Positions 38,839-52,332 are shown, counted from the stretch's first letter. The stretch is 64,000 nucleotides of DNA from Camelus ferus (GCF_009834535.1 NC_045696.1:121150001-121214000), one strand, 5' to 3'. Notes: generated by a model from the sequence alone, not told the origin. Translations and numbers: made by a program.

Positions 38839-39657
38839 TTTGTTTGTTTGGCTACTCACTAGTTTTTTTTAATTGAAGTATAGTCTATTTACAATGTTCT
38901 GTTAGTTTCTGATGTACAGCATAGTGATTGTTATATATATATTCCTTTTTATATTCTTTTTCATTACAGGCCATTACAAGATATTGAATATATTTCCCTG
39001 TGCTGTACAGTAGGACCTTGTTGTTTATCTCTTTTATATATAGTAGTTTGTATCTGTAAATCTCAAACTCCCAATTTATCCATCCCTGCCTCCTTTCTCC
39101 CTCTGGTAACCATAAGTTTGTTTTCTGTCTGTGAGTCCATCTCTGTTTTGTAAATAAGTTTAGTTGTGTCATATTTTAGATTCCACATATAAGTGATATC
39201 ACATGATATTTGTCTTTCTCTGTCTGACTTACTTCACTTAGTATGACAGTCTCCAGGTCCACCCAATGTTCCTGCAAATAGCATTATTTTGTTCTTGTTT
39301 ATGGCTGAGTAGTATCCCATTGTATAAACATATCACAACTTCTTTATCCAGTCACCTGTCAATGGACATTTACATTGTTTCCATGTCTTGGCTATTGTAA
39401 ATAGTGCTGCTACAAACATTGGGGTGCATGTGTCTCTTCGAGTTAGAGTTTCCTCTGAATATATGCCCAGGAGTGGGATGGCTGGATCACATTTTTAGTT
39501 TTAAAACTATTTTTGTTTTTTAAGGAATCTCCAAACTGTTTTCCATAATGGCTGCACCAAACTACCTTCCCACCAACAGTGTAGGAGGGTTCCCTTTTCT
39601 CTTCATCCTCTCGGCATTTATTGTTCGTGGACTTCTGAATGATGGCCATTCTGACTG
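38839..39657 (-). mobile_element. 5'-truncated LINE-1 3' end
   Basis: Antisense ORF2 C-terminus and 3' UTR; degenerate TSD taaaccaggcc (38822) / taaaccatgcc (39658). Confidence 0.9.
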
Positions 39658-39769
39658 TAAACCATGCCGTCTTGACAAGATCGCAAATTCTTTAAAGGCA
39701 GGGGATGATATTTCCTCAGTTCTCCCAGAAATCCTACATTTGTGATAAGAGCCCCAGAAACACTGGGAA

Positions 39770-39875
39770 GTTTTAGTGGCGATGGTTGCACAACTTGGTA
39801 AATACACTAAAAACTACTGAAGTGTGCACTTTGAAAGGGAGGATGTGAAGTATGTGAATTAGACCTTAATAAGAA
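39770..39875 (+). mobile_element. Old L1M 3' terminal fragment
   Basis: gatggttgcacaact...aaatacactaaaaactactgaa...gtatgtgaattagaccttaataa. Confidence 0.7.
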
Positions 39876-40610
39876 AATATGGAAATCTGATGTGAGCTAC
39901 GGAGGCTAGCTAGCGTTATCCCACCAGCAGCCCCAGCACCACGGGGTGGGGAAAGGGGCTGACCTGGTGTTACCAAGTGACTAACAAAAGGAAAGGGTCT
40001 GTCTTGCCCACCCACAGCCTCCTGTTGCCTCCTCCGCCAACATCAGGAGCAGCAGAGGACAGAGCTACTCCTGTAACAGCTGGAATTTTTGTGTAGAAGT
40101 CGGGAGCTCTGTGTTCAGATCCTGTCGCTGCTAATATTTCTATTTCCATGCACCTGGGGGAATCATTTCATTTCTCTGAGTTTCCTCCTCTGTAAAATAA
40201 GTAAAAAAACAAAACAAAACAAAACCCAACCCCAAATCCCTCCTTTCCAAGGCAACAGCACAGTCTAAGTGAAATGATGCATCCAAAGTGCTTAACACAG
40301 TGGTTGGCCCTTACCATAGCAAGAACTAAAAACATGCTGACTACTCTTATTACTAATATTGACATCCACTTTCTGTTGGGTAATGCAATAATTACGAAAA
40401 ATCTTGATTTAGCCTTTTCTAACTTTCTCAATGGTATTTTCTGCATGAACATTCCATCTTCATGCAGTCATGCAAGATTCTTAACGAGGTGTTAGGAGAA
40501 CTTTTGTCCTTGTTTTGGCCTCTAGTGTCTTTTAGTTCCATGTTTGCTGACCTCCTTTTAATACTACAGAAATACAGCATATGAAAGAATAGTGTTTTCA
40601 TTGTTTAAAA

Positions 40611-40961
40611 CATCATCATCACCACCACCATCATTACCATTGTCATCATCACCTTTATCATCATCTTCATCATTATCATCATCACCACCACCACCATCAC
40701 CACCATCATCATTTTTATCATCACCATCACCACAATCATCTTTATCATCACCACTACCACCATCATCATCTTTATCATCATCACCACTCACCACCATGAT
40801 CATCTTTATCATCATCACCACCACCATCATCATCATAATCACCACCACCGTCACCACCACTACCATCATCATCTTTATCACCATCACCACCATCTTTATC
40901 ATCATCACCATCACCTTTATCACCATTACCAGCATAATCATCATTTTTATCATCATCATCA
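40611..40961. repeat. Compound (CAT/CAC)n trinucleotide low-complexity repeat, about 350 bp
   Basis: Continuous catcatcaccaccatc with recurring ctttat interruptions. Confidence 0.95.
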
Positions 40962-41699
40962 CACTGTGGTCAGGGAGCCTGGTCTGGACAAGGTGTGATA
41001 TGCTAAGTCCACTCCTCCCCCTTCCCTCCGTTTCTTTCTTTATCCTTGGAATCCACACTCCAGTCCAGGAGCAGAGCAGAGAATGCCAGTTGTGTGTCCA
41101 CAGCTTTGCCTTACAGTTTCCTTTAAGTGAGCCTGTCATTATGGGAATAGTAATTTGTCTGAAAGAATGTATGTTTTCTGGAAAAAGAACTGCTGTTATA
41201 TGATCGCAGTGGTAATAGTAGTAATGAAAAGGCTCGTAATAATTTTTTGAGCCATTTATATAGTGTAGGGTGTAATGGTAAACGTTTTGCACTATTATCT
41301 CATTTAATCCCCACAACAATCTATGAGGAAAGCACCGTGAGAGGGCAGATAAATCGTCCAAGACCGCGTGTCTAGGAAACATCTGCAGAAAAGCCATGTA
41401 CCTAGTCCAGCCTGGTTTAGAACCAGGTCTCCTGATTCTCATCCTGTTTTTCCCACTCAACATGATGTTGAGCCCTTGGGTGTGCTGTTTGGGGTGACTG
41501 AAAGCAGAAGTTATTTATGAAATATCTCCTTGCTTAAGTTATGGCCAGTAGAAAGGGGAAAAGTGATCTTTAAAGTGAAATATCAACTAGGTTGGAAATG
41601 TCTAAATGGAAAGTGTCATTCTGAGTGGGCAAGGCCTTCTGCAAAAGGAAGTCTGGGACTTCGTCAGACAACAAAATAAAATATATCAGAAATTGTAGA

Positions 41700-41833
41700 G
41701 GGGGAGGGTAGAGCTCAGGGGTAGACCCTGAGCTTAGTCAATCCCCAGTATCTCCATTAAAAATAAATAAACCTAATTACCTCTCTCCCCAAAACAAACA
41801 AACAATTAATTAATTAATTAATTAATTAATTAA
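41700..41833 (+). mobile_element. Vic-1-like SINE, internally altered, with a (TTAA)n tail
   Basis: ggggagggtagagctcagggg...tcaatccccagtatctccattaaaaataaataaacctaattacctc. Confidence 0.85.
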
Positions 41834-42574
41834 GCAGTGCATTTAAAAATAAATCAGACATTGATTCTGGGGACACTGATTTTGCCACCTAAACTTAGCT
41901 CTTCCTCCCACGAGCACAGGGGAGTATCCTGGCCCTGGGCAGTGGGGTCTCAGGTAGCTGAGACGCTGGGCATGACAGGTGCTTTATTGGACTCCAGAGC
42001 AGAGTGGCCTTACCTGACGAGAAAAAGGAATGGAGCCCATGGGTCCAGGAGCCATTCTCCCTCCAACCTCCCTCAGTTTCCCTCTCAGACTCGTAGCAAA
42101 TTTAGAGAACGCCTCAATTATAATTTCCCTCCTGCCTCCAAGAATGTGCGAGGGATTTGATCTTAATCTTGCCATTGTTTCATGGGCATAAGTATGAACG
42201 ATCTTATTCCAGATCCTGAAATGAGAAACGTCTTGGGCCATCCCATCATGGACACCAAGGGACACGGTCAGAAGTGGTGGGTGTGGGAGCTGAGGAAGGG
42301 CCATAGCGGGGTTCCCACAGGGGAAGAGAGGAGACATTCCTTGTGTCCTTTCCCTGCAGTGGCAACTTGGATGCTTTGATCCACTCCAGAAACCAACTGT
42401 GTCTCCTCTGCTTCTGTTTCATCGCACACGAGGAAGAGGTGGGCGAACGGGCAACGTGTTTGCTTCATTCACTGATACGCGCGGACCTTGTGTGTTCCAG
42501 ATCCCACCTACCAGGAAATCAAAGGTGAACCTGTTCTCTGAGGTCCTAAGTCAGAACACTTACAATAAAATATT

Positions 42575-42667
42575 GGGGGAAGGGTATACCTCAGTGGTAG
42601 AGTGTGTGCTTAGCATGCTCGAGGTCCTGAGTTCAATCCCCAGCACATCTGTTAAATGAATAATAAG
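42575..42667 (+). mobile_element. Vic-1-like SINE
   Basis: gggggaagggtatacctcagtggtagag...gtcctgagttcaatcccc; TSD aaaatatt. Confidence 0.88.
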
Positions 42668-44223
42668 AAAATATTCATAGATGAGTCAATCTAATTCTCA
42701 CTTAGATACTTCTCATCCCTACCAGAGTTCAGCAACCAGAAAGAAGCGAGGGGAGCAGGCTCCCGTGGGGGCTGGCGAGAGCAGGAATGGCCCTGTGGCA
42801 CCAGCCCCCCGTCCCCACCCTGCCTTCTTCCCTCTTTTCCCAAGGTCAAGCTAGACTTGTCAAAAATCTTTGGTTGTGCACAACAGAAGTCCACCTTCAA
42901 CTGGGTTCAGTGGAAAGGACATCTGTGGGCTTTGGTGGCGGGAAATTCCAGGCTGGATCCAGAGTCCAAGCGAGGCCATCAGGAGGCCATCTTGCCCCTT
43001 TTCCTTTCTGACCTCTTCGTTCTGCGTGGGCCTCATTCCCGCCAGGTGGGGAGAACGGCTTCCCGCACATGCAGATTCACGTCCTCACAGGCAGCAACAT
43101 CAAAGGTGCGTTACCCTCTCCAGGGAGCTCCAGCAGATTTTTTGACCTGGCTCAAGTCACATGTTTTTCTCTGTGACAAGGACCATCAAATGTTATAGGT
43201 TTGTGCATTTCCCAGCCTCCTTTCATTATTTTTTTTTCCATCCTTTTGTCTTCCAGGCGACACAACTTGCCCACGGTGCTGTAAATAATGACCTGTAAAC
43301 TGCTTACTAGATGTCGTGCATTGAGCTCAGCCTTTTAAAGATACCTCCTACGTCCTCACCACCAGGACCCTAAGAGGTAGATAGTATTGTTTCCATTTTG
43401 CAGATAAGAAATCTGAAGGTTAGAGATGGTCACTATATTTATATTCTCTAGGAAACGTATTTCTGCCTGACCCCAAAACTGCTCTTGCATCATGAGTCTG
43501 CCTCCTTTCGGAGGGTCAGATTTGCTTGTTAGCTACCCTTGTGCGAATGGATAAATTCATGTTCTAGGAGGAACTGGGGTCTGCAGAAAAGTTCATTCTG
43601 ATCCTAAGAATAACAAACAGACATAGACAACTTGATGGCAATTTCTGGACTGTGGGTTACCTTTAATGATATTTGTAATCACTTTCAACTTAACTTGAAT
43701 CATATTCAGCTCTAAATGAATTAGTTTAGGTTATGAAATTATTTTCTCAGCCTAATCCAGTCCCTGTGGGTGTACGTATTTTTAATATCCCGCACCCCAG
43801 TCCACCTGCATTTGACATTTGGCGCTCTGATTGCTTTCCATGATGCAGGGACTGAGGTCCCAGTGGACCCCAGCTGGTTGCCAAGGATTTACCTGTGGAT
43901 TGTTAATGAAGGCAGGAGGGCCTTTTTAGCATTTTGTGCTACTTAGAAAAACCATTCAATATGCAAGAGGGAAGAAAGTGTCTTTCTTTTGAAATAAGAA
44001 AACCGTACCTTTTAATCGCCTGTGAAAGAAATTCCTTTCTTAGAAATATCACCCCCGGCCCTCAGGATGGGGGCAAAAATGGGGAAAATATGTCCGTTTA
44101 TCTCAGGGGGAACCCTGCTAATCTTCGCCTGTGCTTTCAGATTTACAGAAGTGAAAGCTAATGAACAAGGTTCCAAATCCCTGCATTTCTTTGCGAAGCT
44201 CTAGTGCAAATGGCAGAAGCACC

Positions 44224-44279
44224 TTTTTCTTTTACTTTTGTATTTTTATTTAAAATGAAGGTACTGGGGATTGAACCCA
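44224..44279 (-). mobile_element. 5'-truncated Vic-1-like SINE
   Basis: T-rich tail then gtactggggattgaaccca (B-box half only). Confidence 0.7.
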
Positions 44280-44299
44280 AATGCTTTGGTTCGGTCACT

Positions 44300-45250
44300 T
44301 AGCATATGAAAAAGACGTGGCCTCAAGGGTCAAGATGTAATAAGACAAATAATTTTTCTGCTCCATCAATAGCATCCTTAAATGAAACTATGTTCTTTCC
44401 TGCAAGGTCGTGCGGGTGCAAAATAGAACCACCAGGGGAGAAGGGGAGCCACGACGCCAGCGTCTCCCCCACCAACACTTTTGCACGCTGGCGTGCGTGT
44501 CAACACGTGCCAGTGATAACATTCGAACTTTCCAGCAAAGAATAGACTCTTCAAAAACCTGAGTCTGCTGCCAGATTCGGACAGATCCCAGTATTTAGAG
44601 ACTGTCTGGTGAGATCAGCAGTCGTATGATACAGAAGAATGTGATTCTTTTTTCATATTGTAAAATAAACGGTGTGACTATTTGGAACATGCGAATAACG
44701 GAGCGGGTCAGTATTTTCCAAAGGGCCAAAGTGTGATGTTACAAAACACACGTGGGTCAAACAGCCACGCAAAAGGCCAGGAAACATTCATTGTTATGCT
44801 TTTCCATCTTTCAAATTGCAGCTCACCTTGGAGAAGCTACCACTTGTTGACTTTGCTGTGATAAAAAGAATTAGCACAATTATCTTACGAATACTCCTCC
44901 CCTTACCAACTCCAGAGCCATGTAAGGCGAGATCTTCATCACTGTACCTCAGCCAAGACATCCCTTCATGACAGGTTGACTGCAGGAGTCAGTGTGAGAA
45001 CCCAGCTGGCTTTTATTAAGCAAGACACACAAGGCTGCTTATTTTGCTGTTTTTTTGGTTTTGAAAATACAGGTTTTTGTAAAAATATTTTTATGTTACT
45101 AACTTATGGGTATATTATTATGCCAGTGAATTAATACATGTGTTATATTTTCAGTTTCAATTTCAAATACAGCAAGTATCGGTAGCCATAAACCACAGAC
45201 ATATAATCTCTTTGGGGAGATTCAGAGTGTATATTACCTGTTGAGGCCTG
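44300..45250 (+). mobile_element. Charlie1-like hAT transposon relic
   Basis: ctcaagggtcaagat..., and decayed hAT dimerisation-domain sequence ending gagaacccagctggcttttattaagc. Confidence 0.6.
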
Positions 45251-45904
45251 GTGGTGGATATAACTCAGTGGTTCCAAATTTGCACTTCAGAGACCACATA
45301 AACCCAGAGGTGTTTTTCATTTGACTCATACACCTTGGTCCTTTGAGTGTGAAAATGGTTGAATTTTGAATGAATTTTCCATATTTGCAAATCAGTAGGT
45401 TTTACATGAAATGCTGCATTTTTCAATTGCCCTGAAACACTGGGTGGCCTGGCTTCACTGGGTCTGCGTTCCTGCCTGCCATCTGGAGCTGGCTGGGGCC
45501 ACCTGCCTCTGGACACAACCCTTCCAGTTTTCCTGAATCCTCGCCACGCCCGGCTCCTTACCTCACTCCGTGTAGACCGCTCCTCCTCAGGTGTTCACAT
45601 GATCACTCAGTGCTGGAAGCATCCGTATTCCAAGTGTCTCAGTGTGGTCTCCTTGGTAGCATGAAGCTCGGAAGACCCAGGTGTATCTTGAGTCTTCCTC
45701 TGCTCCCAGGGGGATGCTGAACGTTGCAAGATGCTCCTGGAAAGAAGATGAGGTCCTCAGGTGAGACAGGGATTTCTGAAACAGAGGCAAAGATCATGCT
45801 TTGACTCATTCTCTCAAATAGCTTAATAATCTGCTGCAGAATATGGCAAGTGGCTGGGGAGAGTGCAGGAGGGAGCTGAAACAGGGATTATAAAGTGAGT
45901 TTGG

Positions 45905-46260
45905 GGTCGAGAGCCAGAGCATCTGTGTTCAAATCCTGGTGATGCCTTTGGATAGCTGCGTGACCTCGGGTTAGTTACCCAAACTCTGTGTGTCTCTGTT
46001 TCTTTTTTTAAAAATTCTTTTTTTTTTGGAGTAGTTAAGTTTATTTATTTTTAATGGAGGCACTGGGGATTGAACCCAGGAGCTTGTGCATACTAAGCAC
46101 ATGCTCTACCACTGAGTTCTACCCGCCCACTGTCTCAGCTTCCTTATCTACAAAATGAGACTAATAATACTGTCTACCTTACAGGGCTGTTGGAAGAGTT
46201 AAATGAGATAGTATTCTCTCAAGCACTTAGAACAGCGGCTGTGCACAGTTAGCTATTATT
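45905..46260 (+). mobile_element. MIR SINE, interrupted by a younger SINE
   Basis: gttcaaatcctgg...gctgcgtgacctcgggt...tccttatctacaaaatgag...aagcacttagaacag core. Confidence 0.75.
46001..46128 (-). mobile_element. Vic-1-like SINE inserted in a MIR
   Basis: ggaggcactggggattgaacccagg...ctctaccactgag; flanked by tgtctc repeats. Confidence 0.88.
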
Positions 46261-46785
46261 TTTATTATTTTTTTTGAGCAGGGCTTGAGTCTGGCTGTGA
46301 CAAGGGACGTTGACCTCCTTAAGGTCCTGCTAGGAAACCTGGACTCTGTCCTCACCACCTGGCTCACAAATCCCAGGCGTCCTGACATGAATGTTGGAGA
46401 TCCAAACAGATATTTGAGACCGACAGCCACAGCCACTTAATCCGCCTGTTGAATCTCCAGGACTAGATGTTGACCAGGGGGCACATGAACGCGTCCACGC
46501 ATCCCTTCTCCCACACACTCACTCATTTGATCAGTCGTCTCTGTGTTCGTTAAGCATCTACTGAGCACTTACTATGTTCCTGGCACAAAGGCATGGAAGT
46601 TCCTGTCCTTGTTCTGGATTAGAAACAACCACCAGCTATTTCTACAGGACAGGGTCCAAGTATTTTAATTCCTTGTCTGTTAAAAACAATGACCCACATG
46701 CTTCTGTGAGGCTGTGAAGGAGCTATTCTTCACCCGGGGCCACATCACCGACAGGAAATAAATCACTGTTCAGAAATTGCCTCGA

Positions 46786-47387
46786 GGGGCTTCCTTAAAA
46801 AACTAAAAATAGACTTACCATATGATCCAGCAATTCTACTCCTAGGCATATATCCAGAGGGAACTCTAATTTGAAAAGATACACGCACCCCAATGTTCAC
46901 AGCAGCACTATTTACAATAGCCAAGACATGGAAACAACCTCAATGTCCATTGACAGATGACTGGATAAAGAAGCTGTGATATATTTTATACAATGGAATA
47001 CTACTCAGCCATAAAAAAGATCAAATAATGCTATTTGCAGCAACATGGATGGACCTGGAGATTCTCGTACTAGGTAAAGAAAGCCATAAAGAGAGACACA
47101 AATATCATATGATATCACTTATATGTGGAATCTAAAGATATGATACAAATGAACTTATTTATATTTGGAGTTCAGTATTCGCAGATACACACTACTATAT
47201 ATAAAATAGATAAACAACAAGGACCTACTGTACAGCACAGAGAACTATATCCAGTATCTTGTAATAACTTATGATAAAAAAGAATATGAAAAGGAATATA
47301 TATATATATACGTATAACTGAATCACTGTGCTGTACACCAGAAACTAATACAACATAGTAAATCAATTATACTTCAATTAAAAAAAG
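46786..47387 (+). mobile_element. 5'-truncated LINE-1 3' end
   Basis: LPYDPAILLLGIYP remnant plus 3' UTR and A-tail; TSD agaaattgcctcga (46772) / agaaattgccttga (47388). Confidence 0.92.
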
Positions 47388-47449
47388 AGAAATTGCCTTG
47401 AAAAGAAAAACAAGACTGTAACTCTTAGAAAAATTTTGTAAGTACCCAA

Positions 47450-47471
47450 TTTATTCATAAAATAATTTATT
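47450..47471 (-). terminator. Candidate distal CPNE4 poly(A) signals (two AATAAA within a 16-bp tandem duplication)
   Basis: aatttattcataaaat twice at 47448-47479; T-rich sequence downstream on the minus strand. Confidence 0.45.
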
Positions 47472-48543
47472 CATAAAATAATACAGTTTAAGTGTTTATG
47501 ATTTTTTTCCAGTCATACATTTTTACCATTATCCCCAGACGTGCATTTGGCTGACACGTACTTGCAAGGTGAGGATCTGTAGATCTAACACTGGAATCAT
47601 GCAAGGCATTTGATTGGCTTGTTAACACTTCCCCCCTCAACAAACATATAGTCAACAGATCGATTTTACTTTGAGGTTGACTTTCCCATCTCTCTGACCG
47701 AAAATGGAGTACACCCTGTGCCTTTTTTGCTGACAAACACTTTTCTGTTTCTCTGCAAGAAGATTATACAAGTGAAACGTGCATTCTTGTGGTTCAAGAC
47801 AGGCCAGTTTATAGCAAAACAAAACACCTCCACCCAAAGCAGCGACTCCAGGCCTTTGGGTGGATAGAGTCTGTGATCAGGAGGGACAGAAGGAGGAGGA
47901 AAGAAGCCCCGCTACGCTAAGTTTGAAGGTCAGCCTGGTGGGCCGCCCTTCTGGAGGGCCACCCGTGTGGCCACCTGCAGTGACAAGCTCCCATTGTCCT
48001 GGGTCTACTGAAGGCTCTCTGAGTCCACCCCGGGGGACAGACATCGACACGGGACCATCAGGCCGGGGTGCATGACACCTCCTTTCAGAGGGCAGGGCTG
48101 GCCAGGAGGACCACTCCCTAGTTGGTTTTAGGAAGAGGTGTGACCACCATAAAGCAGGGGATGGGGGTGCAGCTTCTGGAATCAGTCTCATTACTTTCCA
48201 CTCCCACCTCGGAGCCAGGGGAGAGGGGCCGTTTGCCAGCAGATGAGGTGCTGCCCGGTTTGGGAGGGCCTCTGCCACCACCCCCTGAAATCGAGAACCT
48301 TCATCTCAGAACTGCACTGGCATCACCTGGGACTTTGTTAGAGCTAGAATCCTGGGCCCACGCAGACCTGCTGCATCACAGTCTAAATTTTAACAAGCTC
48401 CTCCGGTGATGTGTACTCACAGTAGACTCAGAGGACCACTTCAGGGAGCCCATCTTCAGGTGGCTAAACCTCTTCTTCGGTGGAGAGACCGTTCTCAGCA
48501 GGGAGGAATTAGAAATAGATTAACAACTGCAATAAGCAGTGTG

Positions 48544-48630
48544 ATATTTATCTGCATGACTGGGACATTGTGCGGTACACCAGAAATTGACACAATGCAA
48601 CTGACTGTATGTACTTCAATTAAAAAAAAC
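48544..48630 (+). mobile_element. Very short L1 3' terminus inserted in the CPNE4 3' region
   Basis: gactgggacattgtgcggtacaccagaaattgacac...acttcaattaaaaaaaa; flanked by cagtgtg repeats (probable TSD). Confidence 0.8.
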
Positions 48631-48656
48631 AACAACAGTGTGGTGGTTTTTTTTTT

Positions 48657-48662
48657 TTTATT
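48657..48662 (-). terminator. Candidate CPNE4 poly(A) signal AATAAA
   Basis: tttatt at the end of an AU-rich 3' UTR about 450 nt after the stop; followed by a genomic A-run. Confidence 0.5.
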
Positions 48663-48850
48663 TTAAACATGCAAAATACAGTCCATGCAGCTGCCATTTT
48701 AAAAAGTCTCTCACCCTGTAGCACATAAAACCAAATATGTGTTGGCTATCAACGTTCGAGGAATGTTTCAAAATGCTTTACAGTGTAAAGGTAATAAGAA
48801 ATTTAGCAAAATTTCAACAAATCTGTATAAAAAACGGATACAGATACCGT

Positions 48851-48856
48851 TTTATT
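48851..48856 (-). terminator. Candidate proximal CPNE4 poly(A) signal AATAAA
   Basis: tttatt on the + strand about 255 nt after the stop codon. Confidence 0.4.
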
Positions 48857-49110
48857 TCAAGGCAAACATGCTGTAACGTAGGGAGTAAGGGATAATTATC
48901 TGTGTTTCTTTGTAAAAAGTCTTTTAATGATGCAAGGGCCTCATAGATCCAGGCCTCGGGGCTACACATGCAGAAAAAAAAATCGTCGATTAGTTAAAAA
49001 TCACCAAAACGTGCTAGTTTTAAATGTGTATGTGTGTGCTTCAGTACGGGAGCAGAAGTATTAAATATTGGCAGGAGTAGTATTTCAGAACCCTGTAAAG
49101 TGCATGGAGT

Positions 49111-49305
<195 letters not shown>

Positions 49306-49340
49306 TCAGACTAAAAGACGCAAGTCCTGCTCTGAGACCC

Positions 49341-49403
49341 TTCCTTCCTTCCTTCCTTCCTTCCTTCCTTCCTTCCTTCCTTCCTTCCTTCCTTCCTTCC
49401 TTC
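49341..49403. repeat. (TTCC)15 microsatellite in the last CPNE4 intron
   Basis: Perfect tetranucleotide array. Confidence 0.97.
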
Positions 49404-50697
49404 CTTCCTTCCTTCCTTCCTTCAGCATTTGTCCAGCATCTACTCCAAGCAAGAGTGGTCCAATTACTGGAAAATAAACCTTCCATTTCATAATTATATT
49501 TTTTCTTGCCTGCCTCAAAATGTGAAACTATTCACATCTGAGGATGGGTGAAAGTTGGATGGTTGGAAGACTTGCTCCATTGTTTTGTGTCTAATTGAGC
49601 TTCAAATCCAGACATTGTTTCTGCTCCAGGCCCTATGCTCAGGCTGATGGGGTCTATGGTTCTGCCACTGAGAAAGGTACAGTCACATGAGGGATACTGG
49701 TGGGGCAGAAATGAACCCTCCTGTGACTCAGAACATGCCTTGGGCTACAGACTGGCAGGTCACCTCGCACGGGAGCTGATGAGACATGTAGAATCTGAGC
49801 CTCACCTGAGCTGTGACTTTGGCACCTGGATCTCAGGTTCTGAGTGACAGGTCAGCCCTCTGCAACACCCCTTCTCCCAGGTCACTTAGCCTGTGTCCCA
49901 GCAGGGCATTTCTCTGTAAATTCCTGGAGGCAGGGACCCACAGCTCGTCATCCATGGTGGTCCCAGGGCTGGCACACGCCTTGCACACTCGAAGTGTGTG
50001 AGGGAGGGAGGGGCTGGGGACGAGGTTGCAGCCCTGCATGGCCCCAGGGCACTGCTTTAGCCCCCAGGTGTGGGGGGGAGGGTAGGGAGATGGTGGTTTG
50101 GGGAATATGATGATATTCCTAGGGAGGGAGCTCTTGGACCCCTCTTCTCACTCGGGCCAAGTTATGGGTGGTAGTCAGTCCCGTGGCTACCTCTGTCTGG
50201 CCAACAAAATGGTGCAGGACATCACAGTCTGGAAGGACAGCCCTCTCCCCACCTTGGGCAATGTGCAAGCCAGCATATGCATGGACAAACACGGCACAAC
50301 GGCAGAGAACTCCGCCTGCTCCAGCACGCCCCCCCCGCGAGAGGATGCCATGCCGTGCTGCCTTATGCCTACGCTGGAGGATGCCCTACAACTCGAGGGC
50401 TTGGAAACGTCCCCAGAGGGAATCTTCAGATGATTTTTTTTTAAACCCTGTTGGTCATTATGAGTTCTGATGCTGCCTTAGCAAACTGACCATAAACGAC
50501 TGCTTAACATCATGCTTTGAACCAGCTTTGTCATCTTGCTGGCTCCCTCAGGCATGAATTGAATCCATCTTGGATGCTGCTTACTATATAATGATAGAGG
50601 ATTTAGGTTTTTATCATTTTGAAAATATACTTTGCCAAGGCAACATAGGCCTCTGCCAGGGCACGTGGCTTGAAAAAGAGAAGAAGGCCGAATTTCA

Positions 50698-51153
<456 letters not shown>

Positions 51154-51976
51154 CTACCGCCAATGGGACGTTGGGGGACAGACAGATGGGGAGACAAGAC
51201 AAAGCCAGTTACGCGCCTGGTGGCTTCAGCACAGACCAACCACAGCAAGAGGGATGACAGACTTTTCCAAGTGCCTGTGCTGACAGCCCGAGGACTGAGG
51301 GCTGGCGGTGAATGCAGCTCAAAGGCAGGCACAGTCACTGCGGGTTAATTCTAATTGGCACCTTAGTGCAGCACACAAAGCACCAGAGTCAGGAGGGCTG
51401 GCTTCAAAGCCTCGGCTCTGAGATGCTGGGAGAACCCTCAGCCCCTGGGGTCTTGGCCTCCCCATCTCGTAAGTGAGGGGTGGGACTAGACAGTTTATCC
51501 CGGCCTCTTTAGCAGATTTTCAAGAGTCTAAAGTTGAGCTGCCTAGTACAATAGCCACTAGCTCCACGGGGTTCCCGAGTCCTTGAGATGTGACTGGAGC
51601 GATGGAGCAACTGAATTTGTAATTTTCATTCACATCAATTTAAATTTAACTGAAAAAAAAAATGGATACCGGATTGAGTCACTGGAAATCTTTTAAGTAT
51701 ATTTAGAACAACTACCTACTTTTTCAGTGATCAACTTATAAAATCTAAATAAAAACTGAGTATTTTTGATGATAATTTAGCATCCAAATTGAGATGATGT
51801 AAATATCAATAAAGTAAAATACACACTGGCTTTTAGAGACTTAGTACCAAAAAAATGGAAAATATTCTATCAATATTTTTTATACAGAGTTTATCTTAAG
51901 ATGATAATTATTTTAGTTACAGTGGGTTAGATAAAATCCATTATTATTAAAATTAATTTCCCTATTTCTATTAACT

Positions 51977-52187
51977 TATTAATTATTTATTTTATTATGG
52001 TATAGTCAGTTTACAATGTGTCAATTTCTGGTGCACAGCACAATGCTTCAGTCATACATGAATTATATATATTCATTTTCATATTCCTTTTCACCATGAG
52101 CTACTACAAGATATTGGATTTATTTCCCTGTGCTATACAGTATAAACTTGTTTATCTATTTTATATATACCAGTCAGTATCTGCAAA
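51977..52187 (-). mobile_element. Short L1 3' end
   Basis: Antisense of the young L1 3' UTR (tacaatgtgtcaatttctggtg...ttccctgtgctatacag); flanked by tctattaact. Confidence 0.85.
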
Positions 52188-52200
52188 TCTATTAACTCTT

Positions 52201-52332
52201 CATTTGTTTTATGTTGTTGGGGGGAGGTAATTGGGTTTATTTATTTAATTTTTAATGGAGGGGCTGGGGATTGAACCCAGGACCTTGTTCATGCTAAGCA
52301 CACGCTCCACCACTGAGCTACATCCTCCTTGC
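52201..52332 (-). mobile_element. Vic-1-like SINE
   Basis: ggggattgaacccaggacc...ccaccactgagcta; 13-bp TSD tctattaactctt. Confidence 0.9.

Noticed and set aside
40564..41463. 299-aa ORF (and the 203-aa ORF on the opposite strand)
   Set aside because: Largely a by-product of the stop-poor CAT/CAC repeat plus MIR-like sequence; no recognisable domain or splice structure
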